A DNA stretch of 64,000 bases from contig CM007992.1 of assembly GCA_002189035.1 (NCBI GenBank), forward strand, positions 3,782,001 through 3,846,000, in the 5' to 3' direction. The notes below the pieces were generated by a model. That model did not search any database. It was not told the origin of the DNA and saw only the letters and a list, made by a program, of their open reading frames with translations. This document shows positions 11,878 through 24,456 of this stretch, piece by piece. A program made the position numbers and the translations under genes. Positions within the stretch are counted from its first letter, which is position 1; each line of letters starts with the position of its first letter. The DNA is from Utricularia gibba. Taxonomy: Eukaryota > Plantae > Magnoliophyta.

Positions 11878-12574
11878 TTAACTGCGGACGATGCCAGTGT
11901 CTTCCCTCAGAGCTGAAAGGATAGCAGCAGCGATGTCTTGGGCAGGGGGCGGTGAAGCGAATCTTGGTTCATCTAGCAGGGAAACCAACTCACATCCGTT
12001 AATCACTAAAGAAAACAAAACAACCAAAAGTGAAAAGGCTGAGATCACCTCAGCCACGATGGTAGCGTGAAGGAGCGAGCCCCCAAATGGTACAACGTTG
12101 ACGCTAACGACTGTGAGATTGAAATTGTCCAGCTCGGATAGAACCTTGACCAAGACGCTTTTGCGTTTCATGCAGTGCAGTTTGAGGAGGAGCGAGTTCT
12201 GGTTATACACCTTGGCCTCAACTTCCGGTAGCACATGGCCCGTGGCGTCGTCAGTTGGTTGCTCCGCGGCTTGGGATTCTTCAAGTAGCTTGACTCTTCG
12301 GGTGAGGTAATTAATAGAGTCGATGAGCTCCCCGACAAGAGCAACTTGCGGGTCTTGGTCTTGTTCTTGTTCTCTACTCCCCATCCTGGATGGTGCGCGG
12401 ATATGGGGGAAGGATCAGAAACCCAGGAAAGACGATTGGGTGGGAATCCAATAGAGGAAGTGGAAATTGGGGATTTCTCGGCCGAAATGTCCGGTGGGGG
12501 GGCCGATCGGACAAGAAAGCAACAGCATTCTGCATCATCGCCATCTTTGCCCTTACTTTCTTCTCCAATTCCAT
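11878..12574 (-). CDS. Atypical bHLH-IVa-derived HLH+ACT-like protein lacking the basic region
   Basis: Helix-1-like VRAKMAMMQNAV, helix-2-like ELIDSINYLTRRVKLLEE, and ACT-like LPEVEAKV...LKLHCMKRKSVLVKVLSELDNFNLTVVSVNVVPFG. It has the paralogous AE|intron|M last-exon junction. The first intron (12512-12386) is predicted from a weak donor. Confidence 0.7.
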
Positions 12575-13050
12575 TTATGGGCTCGCCATCAGCGAAAGGA
12601 GAGCTTGAAATTTTAAATTAATAACGTAGAAAAGGTCATTTTTCCTTTTTTTTTTTTATAATAATTAGTCGCTGGGACGCGACGCGAGATAATAAACGAC
12701 ACTTGACGGACACGTCGAGATCAAAAACCAGCAACCAGCCACTAGTTTTATCAACCGTTATGGGTGGTCAGTATGTCGTTCGTTACATGAGTGGTCAACC
12801 AGCCGCTATTCCAACTCATTTCTTCTCACTTGAGTGGGGGTTACTTTATGTGTTTTTTTGGATGCAACACACCACAATGAGCAGCAACTTTGCATAACAC
12901 ACAGAACAGAAATCACACCGCAATCGGTGAACTACTCGGGATTTCTCCCTACCGACAGAATTTTGTATCTTTCATCCTCAACCATCACAGCAACGTGCAT
13001 AAGGGGTATGCTAGGCACAACGTGGCCCAGCGCCAACCTCCAGCCACTGC

Positions 13051-14418
13051 TTACTCTTCACAGGGACTGCGGTGGGCTAGGCGTTGGATGGCGGCGCCTA
13101 GTCTTGTGGCGACCTCTATCCCCGTGGCATTGAATTCTTTCTCCATCTACAACAACCCGCGAGAGCAACATAGATTCGCCACGGCGGCGCGTCACTGAGG
13201 TGGTGGTTGGGGAGGGGGTAACTTTTAGTTAACTTTACCTCGGCGTTGATGGTAATATCGAGGGCGAGACCACCCAAGGCAGTGAGATTGGCGGTGACCA
13301 CCGCCAGATGGAGATCCTCCACCTCCCTCAGCAAATTCGCCAATACCCCTTTCTGAATCTCGCACTGGATCCTCACAACCACCTCGTGCTCCTTGATCCT
13401 TGCCTCCACAGCCGGCAGCGCCTGCTCCTCCTCTTCTTCATTCATATCTTCGCGTCCCCTGTTTTTCCCAAATCCATCGATTAGAGATTTTCTCACCAAC
13501 ACCCCCCAATCCCGCGACTGATTCTCTGCTTTTTCTTCCAATATTTGCACTTGCTCTTGGAGGTGCTTCAGGTAGTTGATTGTACTACCCAGTACCGAAT
13601 TTTTATCCATCTGAAACAGTATCAGCGAATCAGGTAAAAGTGATAGATTTCATAGCATAAAGTGAACTTTTCGTAGGAGGCAAACAAACTTTCTTGATGC
13701 CGGGAACAATGGCGGAGAGAGCAGAGAAACGCTGGCCCAGCAGCTCCCGGCGCTTACGTTCAGCGATAATGTGGTCATATGTCTGCTCAGGAGGCCTGAT
13801 TCTGCTGTTTTTCTTACCCGGAGGCGCGGTTGCGGCTTTCGGTAGATCCCCTCTCCCTGCAGTAGAACTGGAACACCTTAGTGCTTCTGAAACAGCAGCT
13901 TCCTCTTCTGGGGTCAACTCTCCTCTGGTTTGTCTCTTCTCACTGTTTTTTTGATCCCCATTCAGCTTCCCGAAGCTTATAACTATCGGAGCAGAAGAAC
14001 CTTTGCAGAGCTTCTTCCTTGTGCTACCAGAACTTTTCGTCTTCTTCGTTGGCTCAGGTGGAGCTGGAGCTGCTAAGGCTGCCTCTAAACTTCGCTGGAG
14101 ATCCGCAAGCTCGTCTTCGTCGAACAAGTCATCCATGAAAACACAGGTTTCCTCCAGTCCCTGTAAACAAAAAAAAAAAAAAAAAAAACATAGAGCTGCT
14201 GGCGGTGATGAAATAATCGAAAGTAACGACGGAAGATGTGGAACTGGGTAATGGCGAATTCAACGAAAGGTTGATAAATACCAATCTTTAATACAGCATA
14301 TATGACGGCAATGAACAGTGAAGAGTTGTTCATTGCCACGCAGCCGAGATGCAGGAAGTGTGTGGCAGTTAGGTGATTGCTTTACCGTTTCAGATAGTGC
14401 GGAGGAATCCATCTCCAT
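13051..14418 (-). CDS. bHLH subgroup IVa transcription factor (bHLH18/25-like), intact 4-exon copy
   Basis: Exons 14418-14386, 14160-13690, 13610-13239 and 13146-13051 splice in frame: DHIIAERKRRELLGQRFSALSAIVPGIKK|MDKNSVLGSTINYLKHLQE plus C-terminal ACT-like domain. Confidence 0.9.
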
Positions 14419-14827
14419 CTCCGCCCCCGTAACAGGAAGAGTTTCCTTTCCTGTCCACCGCCAGAAGGTAATGCTGCCCCACGCTTGCGTCGTCAGTTAC
14501 CCTCCGCCCGCCAGGAAGTCGTAATTTTATTTGCAAACGAAACGAAGCTGCAGAACCGTCGGCTGCGGTGAAAGGATAGAAGTAATGCTGGAAAAGCAGC
14601 ATTTACGTGTTCTCTGGGTACCCCTGCTCTCAATTCCAGAAAAGCCCTCCGCATCCTAAGAATGACAAACACAATTCCCGAAATGCCCTCGGCGACAAAC
14701 GACGGCTACCCCCCTACCCACCTCTACGTTTTCTCTGGCCCCCATCTCGTTTTATAATAATGCCTGCTTGCCTGCAGGAATGTCTGCCGTCAAGAACACC
14801 GAGCCAAGCCAAGGTCCTTAGCCGGAT

Positions 14828-14833
14828 CACGTG
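14828..14833. promoter_or_regulatory. G-box CACGTG ~410 bp upstream of the intact bHLH (T/G-box AACGTG at 14962-14967)
   Basis: Motif match only; a hexamer can occur by chance. Confidence 0.3.
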
Positions 14834-15121
14834 ACCCGCGACTTTTGGTTGTGTGGCACCTACCGGCCCACCACAAACACTCAGTTGCCCAAATGTAGAA
14901 TATTTTTTTAGATTGATTGATTACACACCGCCACCCAAGGCTTACATTGCCCAACAGAACAAACGTGGAATTCAGATTCTTAGTTGTTAGGTAGATGACA
15001 ATTAGTGGGTAGTACTGCAGAGCATGTGAAGGGAGGAACGAGATGGCGCCATTGAAAAACGAAAAAAAAAAAAAAAAGGAAGCCTTGGGCTCAGTACACA
15101 GGGGGTCAGAGGTGGAGATAT

Positions 15122-15847
15122 TTAATAGGAGATGATCTTGAGAGTCAGGGCCTTTGGGAACCATAGGCGCCATTTGTTGTTTAGTTTCCCGGGGACGGTG
15201 ATCATCGTTTTCGCCCTGCTTGCCTCCTCAGTCATTCGTGGTGCTTGCCTCTGCTTCTTGCAAAGAAGGAATTTCCGAGCTCCAGTGCAGTTGATTTGCT
15301 CCCATGATTTCATGGCTGCAAATCACGCCACCAACCGATCCCATACTATTAACACACCCACGTGTAGAGTTAACAAACAAAAGATTAACTAATGCTTTGT
15401 TGGTTTACCTTCGAATCCGGCGTCTACGGGGTAGAGATGAAAATCATCGGCGTTGGAGCCGAGAACGGGAAGGCGGCCCTCACGCGCGTAATGCTTGAGA
15501 GCTTTGTAGATCACGGTCCGGGTGTCGTCATCTTTGTTGACAAGAAACTTGATCGGCCCGGTGCTGCCGAAAATTTCGACGATGATCAAGAATCTGTTGC
15601 AGTTCTTGGAGTTGCTGGTAGCTTCGACTTCCTTGTTCCTCCTCGTGGCATCATGCAGGGACTTGGTCTTCCTCATCATCATTATCATATTGCCGCCGGC
15701 CTCCACTCCCTTCCTCTCGTCCCTGCTCTTGCTCAGCGTCAGTTTCCTCTCCAGAGAAGCTCTCTTGGGATCCATGTACGATGTTGCTGTCACGTGCCCC
15801 CCTGGGAGATGAGCCTTTGTCACTGGCACTGATGCCTGCCTCTTCAT
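15122..15847 (-). CDS. Conserved plant protein, DUF7054-like; 2 exons, start codon uncertain
   Basis: NRFLIIVEIFGSTGPIKFLVNKDD...ALKHYAREGRLPVLGSNADDFHLY, second exon ...GARKFLLCKKQ...WFPKALTLKIISY. Confidence 0.75.
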
Positions 15848-16587
15848 GTCTTGTGGGATGGAAGGGCTTTATATTCCACAATCCACATAGAGGGCTCTGC
15901 CTAATCTATACCACCTCCCCCGAATATGATTCATACCTAGGAAATTACAAAAAAAGAAAACGAGTGGGAGTGCTTAGAGCTTTGACTTTTTGCATTCGAT
16001 TACCGCCGTTGGTTTACTTTGCGGTTACAGGCGCGTTGACATGCGCATGATCCTGGAGTTAGGTTACTACTCACAAAGTAAAGGGGGAAAAAATAAATAT
16101 CGGGGGTCTGTCGTTCATTGTGTAGAATTGTGGAGTTTTCAGTGTATGTCCAACTTCCACGCTCACGAGCAGAGAGATGTGTCATCGTACGTGACACCCT
16201 CAGACTACCTGATACCTGACGTCTGCTCTGCTGCTGCATGAGGCTACGTAGTCCTAGAAAAAGAGCCATGCATCAAAATGAAAATACTAATGTTTTCTGA
16301 GTCCCTATTCAGTGATCACATGCGCTTCATGGTAGTGAGTAGGGGGGGCCTCAGACTGAATCATGTGTCTCCCTAATTTATGAAATGAAAACAAAAACTA
16401 GGGTTGAAGAAAGCTTGGAACCAACCAGCATTAAACAATGGTGTTAGCCCATCCCAGCTGACTTTCCGGCTTTTCTCTGATAATCTAATCATTGCTGCAG
16501 GCCGCTGAGGGGAAGACAAACGCAACTGGGCAATCCAGAGGATTAGATTAGAGTAGATAGGCGCTGACTTGAGCAGACGGCTGCTAG

Positions 16588-18222
16588 CTATTCCACTATG
16601 AGTAGGTTGTTCTGCATCAAGCCCTCACCAACACAGGGGAGCTCCGGAGATAGTTGCCACTCCCCATCAACCAAAAACTTTATCTCATACCTTAAGAAAG
16701 TAAAGAGATGTAATTTATTGGTTGATGAATTTCAATCCCTGCTATAATAATGTGTTACCACCTTCCAGGTCTCAACATCAGTGTAGTGGAAAACGTTGTG
16801 TATGCACCAGTGTACTCAGCGGAAAGACCTTCTCCTTCAGTCCAACCATTAAAAGAGCCCATCACTTGGACACTCTGAAACTCAACATTCAAATTCCACT
16901 GGTAAGTCTTAAGGGCTACCCATACACCATGTACTTTACTAGTAAATCATCGTCAATTCAAGTATGAACGATGAATATGAATTTCCCAACTTTAGGTTAC
17001 CTCTGCTAAGCCATACCAAAACAAAGGAACCTGTTTTGATTCTGCTGCACCAATTTCCTTGATTTGTTCCTCCAATTTCCCTTGGACAGCTTTTTGCGCA
17101 GGGAAAATGAAAACAGTAACAAATTAATCTAGCACAGCATCTCAAATAATGCAGACATCTAGTGGATCTTGTCTTTCAATTTCTTTACCTTGCAGTCGCG
17201 AAAGAAGATGCATCTGGATGTATATCCCATTGATCTTTCTCGAAACATCTGGAATGCTATAGCTAGAGATCTCTTCTGCCAAAGTAACAAGAGCCTGGAG
17301 GTGGAAAATAAAGTACTTGGTTCTAATGTGAGTTTAATAGCTTAAATTTTGTGAGAGTATACGTTGCCAGTACCCGAATCTCACATTCTACCATTGCAAT
17401 CTCTTTCTTGAAGTTAACCAAATCATCTTCCTTCGCTAGCAGCTTCATCCACAAATGTCCAACAATAATCCTCCACAAAATCAATGATCCTCAAAAATAT
17501 CCATAAGATCACAAAGTTCCCCTCGTAAATCATGGAGAGCAAACACCACCACGATTTATCAAAGAAAGGCACAATTTTAGACCCAACCTGACGTTTTTGG
17601 AGCCGGTTTTTCTGATTTGCTTCACTGAGTTTCCTCAAAAGATTTGTTCTGTCTGAATCCAGAAGTAATGCCTTTAGCTGTTAACAAACAAACCATATCT
17701 GAACAACAAGAATGCTTTATCCATGGAAATCCCTAGAAAAAACCTAGAGATCAATAGCCCAAGTAACAGGAAAATCGACTAACTGATTTACCAATAAAAC
17801 ATATACATCCAAGAGACCTACCTCGTCGCTACTTGGAGACCGTGGGAGGGGCTCCTCCAAGGAACTCTCATGATCGAAGTTATCACGTTTACAGAATTTC
17901 TTTGACTGTAATGCAGAGAATTCCTCTTCCAAACTAAAGGGCTCACAAAACAATCTCCATCGCATATAGTAACCACACTTTCTACCGACCCAAAATGGGG
18001 CTATTCCTCTCCATTTAGAACAATTTGAAATGGCATGAGATTTATCGATTTTATTCGCATTCATCCTGCCCGGAGACAACAAAGATCGTTAATCTTTGGA
18101 CGCCAAAAACTACCCATCAATTTACAGACAAGGTATTATAAATGTGTCTGCACAACAGAATAGCACCTTGTGGACAAGCTCGGGATGGAACTGGTAACTA
18201 CGTTGCACTCCGCAAGAAACAT
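16588..18222 (-). CDS. PTST1: PROTEIN TARGETING TO STARCH 1 (coiled coil + CBM48); 5' exons tentative
   Basis: Exons encode LRKLSEANQKNRLQKRQ, ALVTLAEEIS, VPLFWYGLAE|SVQVMGSFNGWTEGE...LMLRPGR|YEIKFLVDGEWQLSPELP...NNLLIVE*. Confidence 0.85.
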
Positions 18223-18857
18223 TTCCTATAAACTTCAAATCATCATGGCGGAAAACGCATGGAGCAATAAAAGGCCAGAGAAAACAATTCGAAAATGCAG
18301 TAAAATCAAACCCTCCCACCACGCAAAAGCTTGAATCGTTAAAATTAACCAGCAAGACGTGCAAGATAAAGTAATCGATCGAAACAAAGAGATTCCGCAG
18401 ATATGCAATGCAAGGACGAATCCAAACAAAGGAGCATTTGAATCCTGGATATCATTGAAAATAAACATTTACCCCAACTGATCCTGACTCAGTCGGAAAT
18501 CCTCTGAACTCTCCCGTTCCTAGCAACTGTAATTTCTTCAGAAAAATTTATCAAAATCTGCGCGCGGTTAACCGCAACTCCTCCCAAGTCGCAAGCAAGA
18601 AACAACGTATGATGTCCACTTGCGGGCCTCAAGCCCACATTCTGAATTGGAGTTTTGGGCCACTGGCCCTAACATGGATAGCATTCGACATTCACTGGTG
18701 CTGGTATACATAACCAGTTGCATTGTCCCGCGAACCTGGGTTTTTGATACATGAGTTTTCCCAATTTTTCTGGTTCTGTCTCCAGAGCACATTCCAGAAC
18801 TCTCTGCTTTTGGCACGGAATTTGAGTTCTAGCAAGGAGGAGAATAAGCGATCAGAA

Positions 18858-21800
18858 ATGGACACAGATACAGCTGTACGGCTAGTGAAGAGCGGCGTTA
18901 CTCTTCTTCTTCTTGACGTTCCTCAATGCACCCGCATTGGTGTTGACACACAGGTGAAATTATGTTCTTTTATTAAAGGTGGTGTTCCTGGAATCATCAT
19001 ATTTACGAGTATTGGCATTTTTTCAGGTGTTCTCAGCTGGTCCCAATTTCAAAGGTATCAAGATGATTCCGCCTGGCGTTCATTTCGTCTACTACAGTTC
19101 TTCAGACAGGTTTCGGGTGTTTTCATTCTTTCGGCACCTTTGTGTCCCTTTATTGGAGCAAACTCATTATTTGATGATGAAATTTCCATTTTCTTTTCTT
19201 TTTCTTGTTCTTTTTCCTTTTGTTTTGAAATATCCTGTTTCGCTTTTCTGATAAGTACCGCAATTCAGAACTAGATCTTTATGGATAAGTTGTAGTGTTC
19301 TAAATTGAAGGAGATGAGTCTGCAGTATATTTTATTTGCTCATTCATATTGTGACATAATAATGCAGGGAAGGAAGTGCATTTTCTACCGTCGTTGGTTT
19401 TTTCATGGATGCATCCCCTCAGAGGTCAATCTTTCAAAGTTTATTTTGTCGTATTTTCCCCTTTCTCACTGATCAACATTTTGGAATAGGTTGTTGTGCG
19501 GAAATGGGTTTCCCGAGAAGAGCGGTTTGTCAAGATTCCAGAAGAAGAGGTGAGCCTAGTGTAACGTCATGCATTAGCACATAAGTTCGTAGCTGCGAAA
19601 AAAGCATGTTTGTAGATTATTATTGTTATAACCTGGTGACTCTTTCTGACTGCACCTAAAACTCTCAAGTTCATAAAGCGGTCATGATGAGAATTTTTTG
19701 TTACTTTATTCACAACTGGTTTGAAGTTTTTCATGCTGCCACCGCCCCCTTCTCCTTTTCTTTCATACAGGAAGAAAGATATGCCAGTGCTGTGAGGGGA
19801 TTTGAGTTTGATCGGCAACTTGGACCATATTCATTGAGTCAGTTTCTTGACTGGAAACATTTATCATGCTATATTACAAGGGATGCCATTGAACGCACTG
19901 GTAGACAGTTCTTTTTGAATTGCTGCATTTTTTAATTTTTGTTCTAAAACTTTTCAGTTTCCTCGCCTACATGATATTCTGCAAAAACATAAATTTTGTA
20001 CTAAAGTAATTAGATGCTGGACACTTAGTAATCTAATCTCAATTTAAAATTTATGCTTTGTAGCATAAATTGATTGCCCTTATTTTCGAAATTTGAAGTT
20101 AATTGCACGAAAGAAAAAGAGTGTGTAGGATCCATTTTTTTGTGTATGAATGACTTTTTTGTAGCTTTCTCTTTTTTTTTTCATGTGATTCAGTGTATTA
20201 ATGACTTAGAGTATGTATAGCAGAACCCATTGGAGGAGAGATCACAATTTCCAGTGAAGCTCAAACTTTGGGAAAGATTGGTGGGACTGCAGCGGAGGAA
20301 GCGTTGGCTGCTCAGTTGGAGTCCAAGTTTTCGACGCCTGAAGAGAAGTCTGTGAGAAGGGGTTGTTTCTATGCCACAATTCCCCGTGTTGTCAAACACA
20401 AAGGAATTTCTTCTGAGGAGCTTACTATTTTGAATTTGGACAAAGTACATAGAAGAAGTTATTCATCAAATTTATGTATTTTTATTGTCCTTACTAAAAC
20501 TCTCTATTTGCTAGTCCTATCTACTTGAAAGTGTTTTGATGAAAGAGTACAGAGGTGATGAGGGTGCACTTCTTGCAGAATTCCAGTTCGCATTTGTTGC
20601 ATTTTTGGTAATCTCTTCCACCCTTTTCTCTCGGGCCATACTTATGTGCATCATCTATTCATTTTATTTTTCTTGTTCAAAGGAAATATTTTTCAAATGG
20701 TCTTTCCATACAAAAGCCTAGATATTGATTGCATGCACTCACATGCAAAACTTGCATATTCTGCATATCAATGTCAACCCTTTACAAAACTTGCATGATT
20801 ATGCAGATGGGCCAATCGCTGGAGGCATTTATGCAGTGGAAAAAATTATTAAACCTCTTATTGGGGTGTGCTGAAGCGGTGAGTAAATTGTGTTCTGCAA
20901 ATCATCGATTGCGGCACTATGTTAGATAAGTTAATATTCTTTGTGGCATATTAGTCACTGATTCCATACACTTCTCTATTTTTCTTTTTTCGGTTTCCTT
21001 CTTGACGGATTCAAGACACTTATTGAGAACTTCTCTGTTTCACTTATCTTTGTTTCTATTTTTGCTTTCTTGCAGCCTCTACAAACAAGGACTCGGCTGT
21101 TTTCCAAGGTTTTGAAATTTTCTTTTTTCCTGAACTTACATGTATTGAGATTTTTATCTATTAAAATGTTATTCGGTTCACCGACTTGCTGCACTACGGT
21201 GTGGTTTTTTTGACGTTTATGCCAAAGACGTACCTGATTTCCAGATTTGTATTATGCGGTCATGTCGTCATGCTTCCTTGACCTTTTCTTAATCTATTCG
21301 TTCTTTTTTAAAGATCTTCAAGTCATCTTTTGTCTTGATAATTTCTCTTGGACCTCTCTCCTGAACTTTTTATTTAATGTAGAAATTATTTGCAGTTTAT
21401 TGAAGTAGTATATTATCAGTTGGAGTATGCATTTCAAAGCAATAAGAAAGATAGCAGTGTCGTGAGTGATGGATCATCCGTGTTACTGGATGAATCTTGG
21501 TTGTGTTCTGATAGCTTCCTGTGTCATCTATGCAAGGTAATCGTAATTCTTTTCCGTGTGTTTTCAAGTTTTGTTTTACATTTTTAGTTCATTAGTAGCA
21601 CTTCGAATTTAATACACTGGAAGGTATTTCTCATTCCAGGCTTGGAAGACTCTTCCTTCCTTGCCTAACAACTGCCTGCTGTGTTGGGATCTAAGTTGTA
21701 AATTAACGAATTAAATCCAGGACTTCATCTCGACTGTGGTGGAGGCTCCAGTGATCGATGGGGACCTTCTTTCTTGGGTACGCACCACAAGTTTTGTCTG

Positions 21801-22055
21801 ATTTGCAGAACTTCAAATAAGTTGTTTATGATGAATGCTAATCTTTTTTGAAATCGGGCTCACCTTCCCAAGACTCGAAAACTCCAAGTGCTGCTCGATG
21901 AGTGTTTGGGATGGAATGTTCAACCGGATACGATTCATTTTGAAGAGGGTGACGAGGTATGCACGCCGCTGAATTCTGTTTTTTTAGTGATGTGCCTGTC
22001 ATTTGTCTTTCAATTTGTGCAGTACGCTCCAGTGATAGAGAATTTAGATGACTAA
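18858..22055 (+). CDS. AAR2: AAR2 U5 snRNP assembly factor homolog; apparent -1 indel at ~19419
   Basis: TLLLLDVPQCTRIGVDTQ|VFSAGPNFKGIKMIPPGVHFVYYS; RGFEFDRQLGPY; QFAFVAFL|MGQSLEAFMQWK; C-terminal DGDLLSW|TRKL...DE|YAPVIENLDD*. Confidence 0.88.
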
Positions 22056-22148
22056 GCAACAAAACACACGCCTCCTCAAGGATGCGATCGCAAGGATAAA
22101 GGCCATTTCGTCTCTTGAGGAATGTATAAATAAATGGACATGTTTTTA

Positions 22149-23598
22149 TTAAACTTGGTGATACTTGTACTTTTGTCCAAGATTAAATCTGTTGACGTTA
22201 CTACTGAATCCTTCTAGTATGAGTGTCCTCAGGGCATCAACCCCTTGTTCTAGAGCAGCGTCCACCTGTGCAGGAAAGAGTAATTTCTCTGTACAAGAAA
22301 GGTTCCGATAATACTAAGGGGTACGGCATCAGTAGTAAGCAGGGCACCTGTTCTCTTTCGTTTGAGCTGAACTTCTGAAGAAGAAATGCCTTCATATCCA
22401 TGGTACCCGGGGGGTTCCCTACGCCTTTCAGTATGAAAGATTGTGCTCAGATCCTGAATTGGGGAAAATTACGTGAAAAAGCATACCTATGCAAAGACGG
22501 GGGAAGCCACGATTACCATCCAAATGTCCCATGACGTTCTTGACTCTGTGAACATGTCTAGTACAATAAGCAATAATCTTAATGCCTTCCACGAGCTTAA
22601 ATCAAGGAACAAACCCATTATGATGACCGTGGCCTCCCCTAGGTTGAAGCCTTAGCACTCCATTCGGCAGGCTCATCTCATCATAAATCTTCAGTGATAA
22701 TCCAAAAGGCTGTTTTAATTCAATCCGCCATCGAAACATATAGGGGAGTAAGAGCTCACCAGCAGGATGTGACGAAGAGGCACTCGATAATAGGCGGCAA
22801 GTGGCCCAACCTGGTAGACAAGACTCAACTCTGTGAGCGTATAATTCCCAGGATACAGTGACAGACAGCAAGGAAAATCCAAGTTTGTATCAAGCAACTT
22901 GATCTCAGACAACACGGAACATAAAAGAACAGCACACAGATAAGCATGGAAACCTGGAGACTGCCAGCATACGGAAACAAAATGATAATTGAGGGAACAC
23001 ATAAACAGGCGAAAGGTAAAAACGGCCTACCGATTCACCAGTGAAATTCATATATGTCTGAGGTTTGGCCAGTAAAACCGGTACCTCTCCAATAGAACCT
23101 GCGCTGGTTGGGTCAAAACAGCATATAATCAATATAAGGTCATTGTGATGGAAAACTAGGCATAATTACTTATAAGTCCGAACATCTTGGAATTGTTAGG
23201 AACTGAGTTAAGTGGATGTTTAACCACCTATACCAATCAACGCCTTGGATTGTATGGTATTCATCACAACCCCTCAGCCTGGGAGAAGCGGTCCACCATT
23301 TCAAATCCAACCTATTTCATTCAAAACAGGCTGATCAGAACTAAATGAAGTTACAGTCAACCTCAAGAACAAGATAAGCACTGCAGTTACGTACATTGTG
23401 ACGGGTTCCATGATACTTGTTGCCAGGATTTCCAAGGCCGACAATCAGCCAGGGGGTAAACTCTGTTTTGGCCCCACCGGGTTCCACCTTGGAACACCAG
23501 ACCTGGAGCTTCGTAGAACCATAATTCCTTGGCCTTCTGCAGTCGGTACTAAAAACGTTGCTTGGGCAACTTCTAGGCAAACAAACAGCGTAGAACAT
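22149..23598 (-). CDS. Chloroplast peptidyl-tRNA hydrolase family / CRS2-like protein; apparent -1 indel at 23270-23273
   Basis: PWLIVGLGNPGNKYHGTRHN|VGFEMVD; LLAKPQTYMNFTGES|VGPLAAYY; YDEMSLPNGVLRLQPRGGHGHHNG; FPRLCIG; C-terminal RFNLGQKYKYHQV*. Confidence 0.88.
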
Positions 23599-24456
23599 TG
23601 ACCTATCACAGGAGCAATATGTGAGATATCTTAACTAGATTAAAGCTGCTAACTTTACTAAAATAAACAAATAACACGAGAATATAATTACTAAGGGGCC
23701 CAGTTAAAGCTCTAATTCATCAACGGTATCCTGACAAGATATTTTTCTCCGGCAGTGCTGCCGAGCACAGAACATATCGTAAACATAGAACTATAAAAAG
23801 AGCAGGAACTGGAGGTGAAGCAGCTAACTTTATTTTTGAAAAAGGACCGAGGGAGAGCTACAGTGACACGGAAAAACGACACAAAGCTCCGATATTCCAC
23901 CAAAAAACCCGGAATTTCCTATAATCAGCAGGTAAGCGGTGTATATCACGATAAACATTGAAGATGGAGAGGCGTCAGATGAAGAACCTCTTGATGACGA
24001 GCTGCGGATTGGTTAGGACCCAAAAACCGCCGTAGATTGAAGTGAAGCCAACGTCTTGGTTGATACTGAACTCTGTCACAGTTATATGGGCCATAACTGG
24101 CCCAATCTGGGAGCCATTGTCATTTATTTATTCATGGGCTGGACATCGAAAGTCGTGGCCCACATCCGCAGGGAACTATTTGGGCTTGTTACAGCAACTC
24201 GCCTCTTAAACGGTAATTGGGAATCATTTCTTCATGGGCTGGGTAGTGAAAATCGAGGCCCAAAACTGCAAGCAACCATTTAGGCTTATTTTGTTTGTAC
24301 GGCAGCTCCGCCTCTCACAGTTTATGGGATTCCTCGACTATGAAACCATAGGTCTACAACCAATGGCTGTTCTCCACCAAAACTACATTGGCTCTCATTG
24401 CTTGCTTGCTTCTAACAGGTTCAAATTCCGATGAGGTGGGGCTCTGACCCCTGCTC

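Noticed and set aside
15392-15832. 146-aa + strand ORF
   Set aside because: Antisense to the DUF7054-like exon, with no independent evidence.
16834-16845. 12-nt identity to the 5' end of miR319 (TTGGACTGAAGG) on the minus strand
   Set aside because: Lies in a PTST1 coding exon (GWTEG), is in the sense orientation, and has no hairpin; coincidence.
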